A DNA stretch of 38,343 bases from positions 4,957 through 43,299 of the forward strand of contig CALSCP010001301.1 in NCBI GenBank assembly GCA_943704425.1. The letters are read 5' to 3'. The stretch's first letter is position 1, and the number at the start of each line of letters is the position of its first letter. The notes beneath the pieces were generated by a model. It was not told where the DNA came from and made no database searches. It saw only the letters and a list, made by a program, of their open reading frames with translations. Both the position numbers and the translations under genes were made by a program. Shown here in pieces: positions 22,113 to 36,567 of this stretch. This stretch comes from Ministeria vibrans ATCC 50519. Taxonomy: Eukaryota; Protista; Filasterea.

Positions 22113-25100
22113 CTATTTTTGTGCACCAGGTTCGCTGTTCAGCTGACGAATCAACGAGCCCAACTCGACGAGTTTCTCCTGCTCGGTCGCACAGCGCGCC
22201 ACAACTGCATCAACACGCTCAGTGGAACCCACAAACTTGTCCTTGCAAAACTGCCGCAACACCTCGCTGGTCGCCTGACGTCGCGTCTTCTGGTTCTCCG
22301 CAAGACGTCGTTGAAGTTCGGCTGCCAGAGGATTCGCACGCACTCCCGATGGAGCAACAGCAGGTACAGCAGAGGCGGCCGCTGCAGCAGTGGTTGCAAC
22401 TGCAGGCGTAGTAGAAGTATGCACACTAGCAGTCGTAGATGCTGCTGCGACAGCCGCGATCGCAGGGCGCACTGCTGTGCCCTCTGGGTTCAGCGCTGCC
22501 GTCACCGACGGCTGTTGCGACGACTGTTGCTGGCTGGCACGATCGGCAAGCAACGCAGACACGTCGACAGGCATAAAGATCTTGCGCACATTGGCGCGCG
22601 GCGGTGGCGGCATCACGGGCGGATACAAACTCGCTCGCCGGGTCATGGTGTCGCGGTTACGCGAGTCCGACACGCTCTCCATGGTCTCAAACATGCGCAG
22701 TCTCTCGTCCAACACACACTGGCCACGTACGGGCAACGTATACACACCCTCTTCCACCGCTTCGGGCTGGGGCAGTGTCTGCGGCACCTTGGTCATTAAC
22801 AGAGGCACACGCTCGTCCGCAGACGACTCTGTCAGTGCGCCTAGCGTCGTGGCCGTCGCACGATGCTCCGACGGACTCAATTCGTCAAACCGAGCACAGC
22901 ACTCGGCGGCCGATCGCGCGTGACTTGTTAGTTGTGTACACGAGTTGACCACGGACGCAACGAGCTTCCAGTTCAGCGAGAAGGAGCGCACCGCACGCAA
23001 CAGAAGCCAGTCCTCCTCCTCGAGCCAAGCACTTGTACCATTCCCCACATGATTTCCAGGCATACTCTTCTGCTCAGCGGATGCCTTGGCTGTCTCCACC
23101 CGGTCGTCGTCGTTGTCGTCATCCAGCTCCACTCCACCAAGTGCAGCACGATAGCGCTTACGAGCTCGTTTCAACTGCGCCTGCCGTTGCGCGCCCGTCT
23201 TCACCGCAGCGCTGTACGACGCAGCATCGGTCTCATACAGCGACTGCATGTTCACATCGACATAGTACTCGACGCCACCGTGGCGGTCGACGGGCGGTGC
23301 CGGAGGCATCAGACAGCACATAACGATCGCATCGCCGTTCATGCGCACCATACTCGGATCGTAGGCGAGCGGCAAATCTTCGTCATCCTCCTCCTCCTCG
23401 TCTCCCTCTGCACCGTCCCCTCCTTCCTTCCCCTCTACCCCCCCTTCGTCTTCTTCGTCGTCGTCATCATCATCATCGTCTTCTTCCTCCTCCTCTCCGT
23501 TCTCCTTCTCATGTTCACCTGTCTTCTTCGTCTTCTTCTTCGTCTTCTTCTTCGCCTCCTCACCACCCGTACGCTTTCGCTTGCGTCCCGACACCGACGA
23601 CAACGAAGACCCTTTGGCAATTGCAATGGCGTTCGCCTCAACCGCCTTGCGGTAGTCGGGGTCCTTGGGCGCACCCACTGGCAATGCGCTCGTGGGCACA
23701 ATTAGTGTGGACCCTGGCGCGTCCGGTTCGCGCGTCTCCACCACGCCAGTAAAAGCCGGGGGTGCTGCCGACGCCATCACTTGGCTCCGCTGTTGCTGCC
23801 TTCGTGACCGTCTCTCAGGCACCCCGCCACCATTACCATTGCTGCTACTATTATTATTCTCTCCATCGTCCTGTACATCCGCATCGGCGGCCGTGTCGGC
23901 ATCCACCCTCTGACGCGCCTCCTCCTTCTTGCGCGCGTCCTCGTCACGCGCCGCATCCACACTTGGCTTCTCCAGCGACTGTTGCAACTCGTCGTCGTAG
24001 GCTGTCTCAAGGAATCGCACCGCATACTTTTGAATGGGCCGCAGCACATTCTCAACCTTGGCAATGTCGACCTCGGCTGCATCCAGTGCGCGATCTACTT
24101 CCTTGGCCATTGTGTCGTCCATCCCCGCTGCACCATCACCATCACCCCCCGCAGCGGCAGCAGCAGCAGCGTCAGGCGCAAGTGGCACCGTCTCGTCAAA
24201 CTCAATCGTCTCCTCGACCACTTCAGCACGCAACGCACAGCTCGCAGCCACGTCCTCTTGCTCCTCAACACGCGCCAACTGCTGTTCAATCTCGCGCTGG
24301 CTCAGCGTTTGCACCGTAGACGCCAGGCGTTGTTGAGCCGCCTCAAAGGTCGCCGACACCTGGGCGGTCGACTTGGCGCTCGCCGAAGCCTCTTGCTGGT
24401 GCTGCTGCTGCTGCTGCGTGGCGTCGGTTTCAAACAGATCGCGCACCGACATGCTCTGCAGAATGTCGGTGGTGAAGCCGCCGCCGGTGATAGCCACCTC
24501 CTCGAGAAGACGCTTTTGCGTTGCCTTCTTCAGAATGTTCTCCTCAATAGTGCGCTCGCTCACCAGACGATAGATGTGCACGTCGCGCGTCTGTCCAATG
24601 CGATGTGCACGGTCCTGCGCCTGCGCATCCATCGTTGGATTCCAATCGCTGTCGTAGAAGATGACTGTGTCCGCGCCCGTCAGATTCACACCGACGCCGC
24701 CCGAGCGTGTGCTCAAGATCATGCAAAAGATGCGCGGATCGCGGTTGTAGCGACCCATCAAGACCTGCCGGTCCTCGATGCCCGTCGAGCCGTCCAGGCG
24801 CAGGTAGGTGTGCCCGTGGAAGTTGAGAAATGCCTCAAGAATGTCGAGCATACGCGTCATCTGTGAGAAGATGAGACAGCGGTGCGACTCGGACTTGAGG
24901 CGTCGCAACAGCTGATCGAGCACCTGCAACTTGCCACAGTCGTACTGCATCAGACGCTTGTCGGGAAAGCTCGCTTGCAATCGCGACTCGACCAGATGCA
25001 ACTCGCGACTCAGGCGCGTCGACACGTCACTGGCAACCGCGTGCATCTCTGTCTCGTGTCGAGCCGTAGATGCTGACTCGCGATGCGCCACACTCATCTT

Positions 25101-27024
25101 GACAGTGCTCGTGGACGTGGCACGAGGCGTCACAAACACGAAGCGACTCAACAGCGGTGTCATCAATTCGAGTCGTTCCGAGTGAGTCCGAATGGCCGCT
25201 CGCAGTGAACTGCACGATTCGCCAAAAAGTTCGCCGCGCATCGACTCGCCCAGCGCGAGTTCACACGGGCGTTCGGGCATGCGCACACGCTCATGCAGAT
25301 CTGCACCATAAATCACAGGCAAATCGCGGCCCTTAGACGCACCCACGAGCCACAGTCGCTGCAGGTGTGCCGTGTGCTCCAGATGGGCACGGCGCACGTC
25401 CGCCAGCGCACGGCGGAGTGCCACATGCGAGAAAGGCGACATGTCCTGCTCGGCATCGGCAAGTCGTCGTACCTCGAGGGTGTTGTCGGCGGCCTGCGCA
25501 ATCGTGTCGGGCTCAACCGCAAGCGATGCTGCCGTGTCCAGAGCCCAGCGTGACATGGACTGCTCGGCCTTGGCAAGCATGAGCTGAAACACGTCGAGAT
25601 GCACAGCGTCGTCGAGAGGACGGGGCAGACACACGTCGACAACAAGCGACGGTACGTGGTAGGTGAGCGGTGACAGGGCAAGGGGACTCACGACGGGACG
25701 CGGGTCGAACATGTCGGGATGGTTGCAGCATTTGCGCAGCTGCATGAGCACATTGATAATGCTGAGAAAGCTACCACCACGCAGAGTCTCGCGCGTCGAC
25801 ACCTGCGACATGAAGTCGTCGTAAAGGTAACGCTGGCGCTTCGACAGCCGACACATGATAACGTGCTCAAACTTTTTCGGCATTTGCTTTTCAACGTCGG
25901 CCTTGAGACGGCGCAACAAAAAAGGACGCAACACCTTGTGTAGACGACGTACGAGCTTGTCGTTGACTGCCTCGTTGCCCTCAATCATGTTCGTCAGTGG
26001 GTTGGCAAACCAGTCCTTAAATTCGCTGTGCGACTCAAATACACTCGGCATGAGGAAGTGCATAAGTGACCACAGCTCCATGAGATTGTTCTGAAGCGGC
26101 GTGCCCGTCAGCAACAACCGTCGGTTGGCACGAAAGCCTAGCAACGTCTGCCACCGCTGCGACTTGAAATTCTTGATGTTCTGTGCCTCATCCAAAATCA
26201 AGTAGTGCCAATGTCGTTTCTTCAGGGCCTAAAAGGGGAAAAAAAAAGTTACTGTCAATAAAAAGCATACACCCCCCCGCACACACATATATAGAGTCCG
26301 CTTTGTTGTTCTTTCGCTCTATCGCCGTGCGTGTCTCTCTCAATCTCAATCTCCAATATCTCTTCTATACGCAAACACAACTCTCCCTCTCTGTCCCTCG
26401 TTCTCCCACAGGTTGACTCAGTGCGAATCTTACGGATGCATCTTGAATGGCAAGCTTGTAGGAAGTAATGCAGACATGAAATGCATTCTGCTTGGTCCAG
26501 CCATGTCGCTTGAGACGACGCTCGCGAGGCGTGCCATAGTAAGTCAGCAACTTGAAGGCAGGACACCAGCGCTTAAACTCCATTTCCCAGTTGAGCATCA
26601 CCGACGTGGGAACAACAATCAGATGTGGTCCCCAGTTGCCCTGCTCGCACGCAAGATGCGCCAGCAACGAAATGGTCTGAATGGTCTTTCCGAGTCCCTG
26701 TGGGAAAAGAAAGAATGAATTATCACCAATGTCAGTCGTGCTGAGATAATATGGTACCATTTCGTCGGCGAGAATTCCATTGAGACGCTTGTCGTGCATG
26801 GTAACGAGCCACTCAAGACCCACATGTTGGTATTCGCGGAGTGTGCCGTGGCGAATCAGAAAGGGCACCTTGGTCTTGACCGAAGTGGTTGCAAGCGTAT
26901 AACCGGTCGGCTGGAGACTCTCTGCGGCCGCCGCAACGTCGTCCAACGATCCATCGGCACCCGCACTCCCTGCACCGACGCCACCACTGTCGTCACCCTC
27001 AACGAGTGCCTGCAGACCGACATT

Positions 27025-27056
<32 letters not shown>

Positions 27057-29423
27057 TAACACCGTTGTCGGCGGTGTCGCCAGCATCTCGTCGCACAAGC
27101 TCAGAAGTGGACATGGCCGCTGTTGCATCTTCATCGTTTCCATCCATGCCAGTGTCCATACCAGTGTACGTGGTCTTCCGACGGCGTCTTTGAGGCCTCT
27201 TAGACAATGCCTCCTTCTCCTCCTCCTCCTCCTCCTCCTCTTCTTCTTCTTCTTCCTCCTCCCCCTCTCCATCTTCGTCATCATCGTCAATATCCATTTC
27301 TTCGTCGTCCTCACTGGGTTGGACAAGGCCGTACTTGGCCATGAGCTGGTCAATGGGCATGTTCGCCTCGTCGTCCAATTCGGTCAGCTCCTGGCCAGTC
27401 TCGGCAGCTGTCACTGCACGCTCTGCCATCGCCATGGTGCTTTCATCGTCAGCCTCGTCTGCAGCTGCACCCGGCTCAAACACTGCGTCATCGTCGTCAT
27501 CGACATCGCCTTCGCCACGGTCAGCAGTGGCCGCAACTACCGCATTGGCACGTTGGGCCGTCGCACGCACAGGGCGGCGTTGTTCCTTGCCATTGCCAGT
27601 TACGGCCTCGGTGTCATTGCCCTTTTCCCCGCCATCGTTCCCCTGATCATCATCATCAACATTATCCTCCTCCTCCTCCTCTTCCTCTTCGTCACCACTG
27701 CCAGGAGGTGTCTCGACCGTTAGCAGCTCTTCGGGTAGATTCTTGATGAGTTCCTCCAAGGGCATTTCGCTCTCGCGTTGCAATGCAAGCAGCTCCTGAC
27801 GCTCTTCGTCGGCATCGCGCGTTGCCTCTGCCACTGCAATGGTCTCTTCGTCGTCAATCAGACCCGCCTCGAGTTCTCTTGCCGAATACTCAAGCATAGT
27901 GTCGCCATCCTCGAGGTCCGACGCCGAGCCAATGTCGCTACTGCCAGCCACGCTGGCCGGTGCAGTCGACGCGGTCCCTGCGGCCACGAGACCTTCGGCA
28001 ACGCGTGTCGATAGCGACTCGGTCTGACCCACAAGCTGGTCGAGTTGTTCGCTGAGAATTTTTTTGCGCTGTGCCTCCCATCGTGTTTTGGCTTTGAAGT
28101 TGGCCACACGCTCGATGCTCTGCCAGAACTTGCGCACTTCACGTGTAATGGACGATGCCAAGCGACGCGTCCGCTTCTCATGAGCCCGCTCTTCGTTGCG
28201 CTGGCGCGTCTCTGCATCCGCATGGTACTTGGCAACGACCTTGGCCGTCTTCTTGGCACTTGACAGCTTCCAGCGACGCTCCTGCTTGAAATCCTCGGCG
28301 AGCCAACGCATCTCCTGCAGCATGTAGTCCCAGTGCGCCTTGACGCGCGGCGGCTCCTGAATCTTCGGCAAACGACGTACGCCCCACGAGCCCGTTTGCT
28401 GCAGCATGGCCACGCGATGCAAGGTCACAGCCTCGTGGCGGGCGCGTCGCTCGAGGAACTCATCGCTGGCAGATGTCTCTTCGCGACGCAAACGCTCAAG
28501 TACCTCTTCAAAGGGCGGCGGTGGTGGCGGCGCGGGTTCACCGGGTGCAGGGAGAACAGCATTCGAGATGATGAGTGGTGGTGCGGCCGTGACATTGGAC
28601 GAGGCAGCGCCCACCACGAGCGCAGCAGCGAGGCCAGAGGCTGATGACACGGCGTTCGACGAGCCCTTGGATGCGGCACTCGGCGTTGCGGGATGGTGAG
28701 CAGCGGTAGCAGAAGAAGCGGATTTGGAGACGGAGTGGGAGATGCGTCGTTCGGGGCCGGTGAGCGGGGCATTTCGGAGACGATGCAGACTGGCCGCTTC
28801 ATACTCTTGGTAGGCGGCGTCGTCGACATACTTCCAGTTGTAAAAGCCCAGAAGATTGCTGCCGTTGCTGTGGTGCTCCATCCAGTAGAGGAGTCGAAGG
28901 CGGACCTGGTGGTCGCGTTCCACCTCTCCGAGAACACTCTGTTTGCTGCTGATGGCGCGCTCACGAAGTCGTTGTGTTTCCGGCGCGACTGCTCGCAACG
29001 GTGTCGTCGTGATCGTTGCTGGAGCGCCAGCTGTCCCTGTCGCCACCACACCCGGCGATCCTTCCTCCTTGCCAGTGTCAATTGAAGCGGCCGAGTCGCT
29101 AGCAGCAGCAAATGGCGCAGCTGCGTCGAAAATGAAAAAATGAGCGAAACAGTACAAAGAGAGAAAAAAAAAAAAAAAAAACGCATTTGCTTACCGTCTG
29201 ACGCATCGCTGACAAGACGGGCTCGCTTTGTCAAGGGAGGGTCAGACGGACAAACGCCAGCGGGGGGTGGTGGAGCGGGGTCGGCGATGGCTGAGACGGC
29301 GGCAGGGGCGGGGAGNNNNNNNNNNGCGGGGAGGGCGGGGAGGGCGGGCGGGGACGCGCACGACGCGTCCTCCTCGTCGTCGCGCGGACGTTTCTGTCGT
29401 CCACTCGCTTCTGTCTCCTCCAT
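22113..29423 (-). CDS. SWR1: SWR1/SRCAP/p400(Domino)-family Snf2 chromatin remodeller (HSA, split ATPase, C-terminal SANT)
   Basis: HSA motif EPPRVKAHWDYMLQEMRWLAEDFKQERRWK. ATPase motifs LREYQ..LNGILADEM|GLGKTIQTI, ILDEAQNIKNFKSQRWQ, LLLTGTPLQNNLMELW, QYDCGKLQVL and DSDWNPTMDAQAQDRAHRIGQ. SANT WLEEEDWLLL..NWKLVASVVN..RSAAEC. Introns near 29130-29194, 26700-26756 and 26229-26430; small N-gap at ~29316-29325. Confidence 0.95.
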
Positions 29424-29464
29424 TCCAAACACACTCGAGCCACTACAAGGGGACAGAGATACGC

Positions 29465-29498
<34 letters not shown>

Positions 29499-29711
29499 GT
29501 ATGTGACAAGAGGAGACAAAGAGAGAGGTGACAAGTGTCAACAATGAATGGGCGCCAGAGTTTGGTTATGTACAGGTCGATAAAGCGTGTGGCTGAAGGA
29601 AGACGATCAGACGAGAGCAGAGCCACGACAAAAAAGGTGTGAAGAATAAAGAATGTGTAAAGAATTGAGGTTTCAAGTCAGCTCTTCACAATTTTCATTT
29701 TCTGTATATTC

Positions 29712-30722
29712 ATGGAACGACACTGGCGAACAGTCGACTCAGACGACCCCAGCCACCCCACTTTTACTGTGGCCCAATTCAACTGCCTCGCCGATCAGCT
29801 GTCGGACGCTTTCCCTTTGGTCGAGTCGGCTCTCCTCAAGTTCGACGTGCGCTTTCCGCTCCTGTGCGCCGAGCTCGCGTCCGCCCGCGCCGACATCATT
29901 GCCCTTGAAGAGGTGGACCACTTTGATGCGTTCCAGAGCGCCCTTGGCGACGGCTACGCGGGTATGTTTGCCGCAAAGGGCCAAGGTCGCGATGGCACGG
30001 CGCTCTTCGTCTCCCGATCGCGCTTCACTGTGGCGCACCATCGTTCGGTCGAGTACAGCAGGGAAGGCGTGACCGGCGCTTCGCAGGTGGCGCTCATTGC
30101 GCTGCTTGAGGATTGCGCTGTGGACGGCAAGAGGCTCTGTGTGGTGGCCACTCACCTCAAGGCAAAGGAGGGCCATCCTCTCGAACAGCTGCGCCTCAAC
30201 GAGATGGCGTGTGCCCTCGCGACTGCCTCAGCATTTTGCACAACACACTCATTTGACGACGCTGCCCTTGTCTTTGCTGGCGACCTCAATACAGAACCAA
30301 AGTAAGGAACTAAACAAGATGATGTTATTGTTTATTGTTTATGTTGTAGTGGCCCAGTATACGCCTTGCTCACTGGTGACAGTGACGCCAGTGTCTGCTC
30401 CAGTTTTGTCCATCCGTCCGCCACTGCCTGGCCTACACCCAGCCAATGGCCTCAGCGTGCGTCTGCCTACTCATACACGCGCGGTGTCCCAACCGCCCGC
30501 ACCTGCGCCGGCGAGCCACCATACACCACATGGAAGATCCGTCCGCCTCTCGAGTCGTGTCGCGTCATCGACTACATTGTTATCGATGCGTTGCGCCTGC
30601 GCGTTATCTCTCTCCTCGACATGCCCTCCCCTCATCTCATTCCCGAATCCCGTCTCCCCTGTGCCTCCTATGGTTCCGACCATTTCATGTTGGCCGCACA
30701 GCTCTCTTATGCCACCTTGTAA
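29712..30722 (+). CDS. NOCT: Nocturnin (CCR4-like EEP-family NADP(H) 2'-phosphatase)
   Basis: Motifs TVAQFNCLA, ADIIALEEVDHF, DGTALF, VATHLKAK, GDLNTEP, the Nocturnin-typical EPPYTTWKIR..VIDYI, and SDH. One 48-nt intron at 30302-30349. Confidence 0.9.
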
Positions 30723-30951
30723 AATACTAGTGCAGTCGTTATTATAAATTTTATTGATTGTGCTTGTTCTGCATTGATGTGATGTAACATAATACTATAT
30801 TCGTCTGTCAGAAGTAAAGGGGAGTCACGACGGTGCTGAGCCCCTGAGTATATTCTGTGTGTCATCTCTTGGAGTGCTTGCGCTCGCCAAGTGACCATTG
30901 TCTTCTGACTGCAAATAACCCATCAAAGTTCTTTCGTTCCTCACTATATCC

Positions 30952-31105
30952 CCATCGTGCTTTGGCTGGCAGACCCACACAACTCGAGCGTCCTGCGACC
31001 TTTGCCGATCATCATTCATCCATAACTTTCCATCGTGCTTTGGTTGTCAGACCCACACAACTCGAGTGTCTTGCGACCTTTGTCCATCGCCATTCATCAG
31101 TAACC
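30952..31105. repeat. Two diverged tandem copies of a 78-bp unit between NOCT and MRPS25
   Basis: CCATCGTGCTTTGG..CAGACCCACACAACTCGAG..GCGACCTTTG..CATTCATC begins at 30952 and again at 31030. Confidence 0.85.
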
Positions 31106-31211
31106 ACCCTCCTTATCTATCTTTTATCACCTTTGTTTTACAATTATTGTACTCTCTCAGTTTAGAACACAGGGTACACACACACACGCTCTTGAGTGCG
31201 TTGTGATCTCG

Positions 31212-31808
31212 TCATTCGTTCGCTGTTGACTCAATAAGCTCAATGAGATTGTCAAGAGTCGTCTGTGTGTCTTCAGGCACAGGCTCCTCGATGGGCAATG
31301 AACATCGCTTGCCATTGTCTAACAACAGAATGAGACACATGAATCATACAATACATAACATTGTGTGTCGTACTCAACTCAGCAACGACAAAGCCACGAT
31401 TGTCTTCGCCTTCAAACACATATCTGTGAAACTGAACCGATGGGTTTGCATAGTGCAGAGGAGGAAAGCGCTCGTACGCGAATTTGCTGCAAAACGAGCG
31501 AAAAAGACAAAACGTCAAAAAAAAAAAAAAAACGCGTTTTGGTTGTGACTTGGGCAAACTGACCGTGTGGCGTTCATGGCCGGGCTGGATTCGTTTTTGT
31601 AGAGGATTTCAAGGGAGGTGACGGACGCAGGGAGCGTGGCGGCGTGCGCCTGCAGGTAAGCGAGCGTCTGCGGCACAGCAAAGCGTCCTCTGCGCTGGAG
31701 CAGTGCTTTGCGCGCATCCGCCGTCAGCCGGCCTGTCGTCGCGTCCCGGAACGCGCTTTTGGCTGCCTGGCTGAAGGCGTTGACAACAGGAGCGACTTTT
31801 GAGGCCAT
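31212..31808 (-). CDS. MRPS25: Mitochondrial ribosomal protein S25 (L51/S25/CI-B8 fold)
   Basis: Presequence-like N-terminus, then RGRFAVPQTLAYL..SVTSLEILY..ATR|KFAYERFPPLHYANPSVQF, resembling human MRPS25 [33 protein letters not shown]. Introns at 31487-31563 and about 31319-31374; stop at 31212. Confidence 0.78.
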
Positions 31809-31959
31809 TTTTAAGACGTAATCAAGTGAGAATAATCTGTATTCTGTGAGATTGTAGGAAGTGAGACGATTACACAGGCCAAATATCAAAATATCATATC
31901 ACTTTCATATCACTCACTCCTCCTCACTCGATCATTCAATATTTTTTTCATATCACCCA

Positions 31960-32584
31960 ATGCTTGACATTCGCGCGACAACACCGGACGATCTGCCGGA
32001 GCTTGTGGCGTTGGAGACGGCCAGCTATCCGGGTGACGAGGCCGCAACACCCGAAGGACTGCGCGCCCGCTACGCGCAGGCAGCGCCGTACTTCTTGACG
32101 GCACGACTGGAAGGGTATCATGCTGCAACAGATCTGCTCCAAAGGAGACAACTCATTGGGGTTCTTATTAATTTCTTGTGCAGACGAATCGTCGGATTCA
32201 TTTGCGCGACTCGGATTGATCTTGCGTATCTCTCTGAAGAGTCGATGAGCACCCACACGCCCACGGGGCCCAGTCTGTGCATCCACTCTGTGGTTGTCGA
32301 ACAGTCCCACAGACGACGAGGCTATGCCACTGAGCTCTTAAGAGCAGTGAGACCATCGGACTGAATGTCAACACGAATTCGTCACTCATTCTGTTGCACT
32401 GTAGTTCATCACACTCGCTGCAAACGATGCTAACCCTGCAAAGGATCTCCTTCTCATCACCAAGGAGTATGCGCTGCCGCTGTACACATCCGTGGGGTTT
32501 GTGTGTGAGGGGCCGTGGCGGTTTCAACACGGCGCAGAGCAATGGTTGCATTGCAGAAGAAGCAACCATGACAACAAAAAATGA
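31960..32584 (+). CDS. GNAT acetyltransferase, AANAT/Paa1-like (arylalkylamine/polyamine N-acetyltransferase)
   Basis: LETASYPGDEAATPEGLRAR, IVGFICAT, ESMSTH, acetyl-CoA motif IHSVVVEQSHRRRGYATELL, LYTSVGF and HGAEQW. Two short introns at about 32116-32183 and 32347-32404. Confidence 0.85.
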
Positions 32585-32598
32585 ACATGTCTTTATCA

Positions 32599-35427
<2,829 letters not shown>

Positions 35428-35523
35428 TCTATTATTTACGTGCAAATATTACTGTTCGCTGCCTTTGTCTCCTTAGGAGATCAACAGTTCAAAACGAACT
35501 ACATATTAATTATTAACTTTCTC

Positions 35524-35565
<42 letters not shown>

Positions 35566-35621
35566 GTCGACTACCACCCATTCTTCCATTTGACATCGTT
35601 GATTCTTCGTTCCTTCTGACG

Positions 35622-36361
35622 ATGGACGACGCCAATCGCTCGGTACAAACCAAAACGGAAACCTAACCGTAACTCAAACCCAACACTCTCTCCAGAACGA
35701 ATTCAAACAACGCGGCGCGGGGGTTCACTGGAGAGACGCCTTTCGAAAGCGATGCTTGGCCCGACTCAAACAATCGCGACAGCAGCTCCACATGCAACGA
35801 CGGTCGCTCGACGCGTCCGCGACAGACGAGGAACGCGCGCCGTCGCTCTCGGCCATGATGCGCGCCGAATACGCCACCATGGAGACCGATCCCGACTTTG
35901 CTATGTCTGCCACCGAGATGGGCAGCGAAGAGTTCGAAACCCTGTTGCGCGAAGAAGAGGAACTGCTTTTGGCGCAACTGGACGATGTTGAAGATTTCGA
36001 AGAGCGCTCCGTCGCCGCGTCCGTCGCCGCCTACCACGAATCGGCTTGCGTACAGTGTCCCATTTGCAGGCTATCCAATTTGGTTCTTCTTCAAGGGGTA
36101 AGTCTGATTCAGCAGACGACAAAACATCAAAATAATCCTTACTTCTTACACTAGGTGCTTTTGTGCAAGTGTGGTCTTCGCGTCGACCTTGGCGCCGACC
36201 ACTTCAGTCTCGACTACGTGCAGGAGCGCATTCGCGACTGTTACGACGTCCATGCCACCGTCTGCCCTGACCCACCCGAGTTTGTGCAGCTCCACTCTGG
36301 TGCCATTGACACTCTCACTGTGCGCTGTCCTTCATGCAACTTTTACGACATTATCGTGTAG
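35622..36361 (+). CDS. RPAIN: RPA-interacting protein (RIP/RPAIN)
   Basis: Exons 35622-35642, 35696-36097 and 36155-36361. WRDAFRKRCLARLKQSR, an acidic middle, and the C-terminal Zn finger CPICRLSNL..G|VLLCKCGL..HATVCPDPPEF..CPSC match RPAIN. Confidence 0.88.
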
Positions 36362-36567
36362 CGTTGAATACGATTCGAGAATAAACGTCATTGTATAAAA
36401 ATTATCATGCGATTGCTCTATTGTGTAGTTCCAAATTGATTTGCATTCGTGAAAAAAAAGTATAATATTGTGAATTTTAATATTATTGTTGTATGTATGT
36501 AGTCTCTCTCCTCACTCACTCACTCTCTCTCTCTCCTTCCCTATCCAAAGTTCTCATACTCCACTCT

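Noticed and set aside
29712-32584. Nocturnin plus AANAT-like gene as a circadian cluster
   Set aside because: The circadian link comes from vertebrates. The GNAT looks like the widespread Paa1-type enzyme, MRPS25 intervenes, and no shared regulatory motif was seen.
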